DNA of 64,000 nucleotides from positions 186,001 through 250,000 of the forward strand of contig CP142726.1 of the NCBI GenBank assembly GCA_036630325.1, given 5' to 3'. Shown in pieces: positions 60,659 to 64,000 of the stretch. This DNA comes from Vairimorpha necatrix. Its lineage: Eukaryota. Under the pieces are notes generated by a model. The model ran no database searches, was not told where the DNA came from, and saw nothing but the letters and a program-made list of their open reading frames with translations. The position numbers were made by a program, and so were the translations under genes. Position 1 is the first letter of the stretch. Every line of letters begins with the position of its first letter.

Positions 60659-62706
60659 AATTTTTGAATTTTATATTTAAAAAATTTTTATTAGAATTTT
60701 ATATTAAATAAAATATTGTAGATGATTAAGTTTTAATCGTATAATTTACAAATCTAAGCATTTCTTCGTATACAGCATTTTCTAGTATAATTAATAAGCC
60801 GAATATTATACCCAAATAAATTATATTAATTGATAATATAAATTAAGGATGTAGTGATCATTAAATTAAACTTTTTTACAATTCTGAAGATATTGATGTG
60901 TCTTAAAAGCTTTTCAACTCGTACCAACTACCTCTCTTTAATATTTAAAAAAGATATTTAACTTCTATAGCTTGGAGGTTTAGAAAGTACTACAATCATC
61001 CTAATTGGAGCACATATCAAGACAAGAGTCTTTTTAATGTGAAAGTCTAATTGTGTCAAGAAGACATGAACTTTATACTGAACAAAAGAGAATATTAGAA
61101 TTATACAGTGAGAGGATGTCTGAAGGGAATCAAGATGCCGAAACCAAAGAAGATGAGCGTATCAAATAGCAAGCATTGCACTAAAAAAACTAACCTTTGA
61201 TTTCATCTGTATACATTTGTAAAAGTATAGAACTTTTCATAGTCTATAAAAGACTTCTTTACAAACTCTTATTGTTAAAAAGCAAAAAAACATGTATTAG
61301 ATAAATAGTGTATCATATTGAATGTGGTACAAAGATAAAAAGAAAATAAAAAAAAATTATATTGATTCAGTAAATTTGAAATAAGTAAAAAATCAATAAA
61401 GGTTGTATGTTGTAATTTATATATAGGTAAACGAGACAATATTGAGATAATTAAAAAAAATATACAGCCAATATCGACATTGCATTATTGATTTGAGCAC
61501 GTGGACTAGCTATACTGCAACAAAAATTAAATGTAATCAAATTTTAATTTAATGACAAGTAGTAAGATATTATAGTGAATATCTCGGTTAATGTGACCTA
61601 CCTTGTTAAATGATATATGTAAAAACATGTTGCTTTTGTTTATCTACAACGGTATAAATGAGCAATTGACATAGAAGATTATTGTCAAGTTTTGTTGAAC
61701 ATTAAATTGCGTTTTAATCGTCCAAAATCTATTTGAAACATTTTTGGGATGTTTGGTGCTAGTTTTATAACTCATACTTAAGACGACAGAAATGACCTCT
61801 AATAATCTTCAATGTATATAGATGTAAAAAAATAATGTAATCAAACACTGAAAGCTACATGAATATATGTGGCAAAAAAACATTGAAAAGAATCATGGCG
61901 CGTTAATAAATCTTAGGTTCTACACTAACTCGAAATAGCCAACAAAGAGACAAACTCCTTTTTACCAAGATGTTTAAAAAAGTCTATAATTACAGATATT
62001 TATGTAACTACTTTTGATCGAAGAGAATATTATAATATGTGAAAGAACTTATTGACATCAAAGCTTTAAAAGATGAATTGACCATAAAATGTTATATTCC
62101 ATAAATATCTTCTTAACACTTATGATCTATCATCAAATGAATTAATACAAAATTTTCAGATATATCAAACTGAAACAATATAATTTGTGGATGTGATCAA
62201 TTGTATTTATTATAGGTGGTAAATATCTTAACCTTTGCTTATTTATATCATACTAGGTGCTTATTTTTAAGAATATAGAGATATAGCATGTTCACGGACA
62301 TTATATAGTTTGACAATATAAAATTATAAAGTAAATATTAACTAACATGTAAGAAATAAGCACATAGGGAATAAATTTGTCAATGAAAAAATGTTTATAA
62401 TTTTTATTAATCTTACTTTAAAACCTTTTTTAAACAAAAGTGTAAAAGTAAATTCGGAATATAGCACGAGTTGTCTTATAAAAGATCTATAGTATTTATA
62501 TCTCATTAATTTTTCAAGTATATGCTATTTTATATACTTGACAATAGATTATTTTTAGTCGATTACCAAAACGAATATTTTTTATAAATTTATGTCGATT
62601 TTTTAAGGACAATATCGAATATTTGTTATTGAAAAAACTATGATATTACAAGACTTTGATATTGCAATTATTTTATAACATACTCTCTTAATAAATCTTA
62701 TTACTA

Positions 62707-63231
62707 TTAATAATAAATAAAAGAATCTAAATCTGGCATTTCTCTATTTAACTGTTTCTTAATAAATTTACATGCTTTTACAAGTGGTACAAATTTTTTA
62801 TATGTATTACTAAGCCTCACCATTTCTTCATTAATAACCTTTTTATTACTTAAAATAAAAGACACAAATAGTATTTTATCATCACATATATACACTCCAT
62901 CAAAAACTTCTTTAATTTTATCTTTTGTCTCTTGGCACACACCTTCTCTAACCATAAGTAAATATACATCAGTATTAATAATCCTCTTGATTAGGGGAAT
63001 GTGCTTTGTTTCTATGTTTATAAGAGAAGCCCATATGTCTCATGATTGGTGGGTTCCGCCTAAACACGATCCAGAAACCAATAGAAATTTAAATTTGCAT
63101 TTTGATATTGTAATACCCTCTTTAATAATTTTCATAAGAGCTTCATCGGAGAGATCTTTTGCCCAGTTCTTTTGAGATTTAATAGGAATTCTTTTAGTTG
63201 GAGATTTCTCTTTACTTTCTTTCATAGACAT
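62707..63231 (-). pseudogene. 174-codon reading frame interrupted by a single in-frame TGA (63040-63042), product unknown
   Basis: ORFs 63040-63231 and 62707-62955 are in the same frame with an open 28-codon linker; CCC motif upstream of ATG 63231. Confidence 0.65.
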
Positions 63232-63340
63232 TTTATAGGGCTAAAACTATTTTTTAATTAATAAAAAAAATATTTTTTGTCTATTGACACATTTAATATT
63301 ATAAAAAATAAAGTATTTACGATTTTATAGAAATGAATGC

Positions 63341-63581
63341 TGTGGTCTGTTGGTTTCCCAACAGACCGAGAAGAATGTTTTAAACCATATTTTTTATTAT
63401 CCTTCATACCCTTCTGGGCATGAATTTCTTTTATGTTTGTCGGAGGGAAAATATACAATATTTTCCCTCCAAAAAACATTATTGGGAAGAGGAAGAGAAT
63501 ACTTATAGAATAGTATTCTCTGGTCTCCAGGGCAATCTTAGGACCACTGGAGAACTGTTCCTTGACACTCCCCCCTTCTTT
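63341..63581 (-). mobile_element. Polypurine tract and putative 3' LTR of a Ty3/gypsy element
   Basis: Minus-strand purine tract AAAGAAGGGGGGAG (63581-63568) is directly followed by TGTCAAGG at 63567. There is an internal AATAAA and a candidate ...ACCACA end at 63341 (this end is tentative). Confidence 0.65.
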
Positions 63582-64000
63582 ATTGGCTCCCATGTTTCCA
63601 GCTCAAAGTCCATTTTTTTTAAGTCTTTCCCATTTACCTTAAACACGTCATTATTGGGATTTATTATCTCGTATGCACCTTTCCTCCCGACTTTCGTTAT
63701 AGTGTATGGGCCTTCAAATTTGCTGTCCAGTTTATTTCTAATGCTTATAGGTGGTTTTCTTCTTAATACCACATCACCTACTTGAAGTGCAAATTCTTTC
63801 CCCTCTACTATTTCCCTTTCTCTGGCCTCTCTTTCGGCTTGTAACATAGTATCACGGGTTTGCTTCAATCTTTCAAATATTAAAAAATTATCTTCTAAAC
63901 ATAAGAGTTCTCTTTCGGGATGCTCCCATAATAAGGGTTTCCGTCCGTATAATAATTCAAAAGGAGAAAATCCTGTCTTCTTCCTTGGAGAAATTCTGTA
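63503..64000 (-). CDS. Ty3/gypsy pol integrase C-terminus (truncated by the window edge)
   Basis: Frame is open from 64000: YRISPRKKTGFSPFELLYGRKP...VGDVVL...KLDSKFEGPYTI (GPY/F module). Confidence 0.92.
   Translation of the reverse strand, partial: YRISPRKKTGFSPFELLYGRKPLLWEHPERELLCLEDNFLIFERLKQTRDTMLQAEREAREREIVEGKEFALQVGDVVLRRKPPISIRNKLDSKFEGPYTITKVGRKGAYEIINPNNDVFKVNGKDLKKMDFELETWEPIKKGGVSRNSSPVVLRLPWRPENTIL

Noticed and set aside
63040-63042. TGA as selenocysteine
   Set aside because: No redox motif context, no SECIS recognised, and no evidence of Sec machinery here.
1-64000. tRNA, rRNA or spliceosomal introns
   Set aside because: None recognised by eye; tRNAscan-SE/Infernal would be needed to exclude them.

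Overview
AT-rich eukaryotic DNA, most likely a microsporidian of the Nosema/Vairimorpha type. This is inferred from short CCC/GGG motifs just upstream of start codons, compact intronless housekeeping genes and an expanded family of secreted ricin-B-lectin (RBL) genes. Two gene-dense core blocks are present: about 1.3-15.3 kb (HisRS, adenylate kinase, Csm1-like, PH-domain protein, PTPA, RNR small subunit) and about 54.6-60.7 kb (Tubby domain, RPS24, possible Pol5-like). Between them lies a ~39-kb gene-sparse accessory block with seven intact RBL genes and one RBL pseudogene, an intact Mutator-like transposon, four Merlin (IS1595-like) elements and decayed retroelement fragments. The window ends in the integrase and 3' LTR of a Ty3/gypsy element. 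The most notable observations are: a MULE whose two ends are each a co-varying ~100-bp hairpin, the left one containing the start codon; a duplicated 59/49-aa secreted micropeptide; a separate promoter class for the secreted genes; mosaic divergence and His-tail gain/loss among RBL paralogues; and oscillating C/G skew inside genes. All calls were made by eye; no searches were run.
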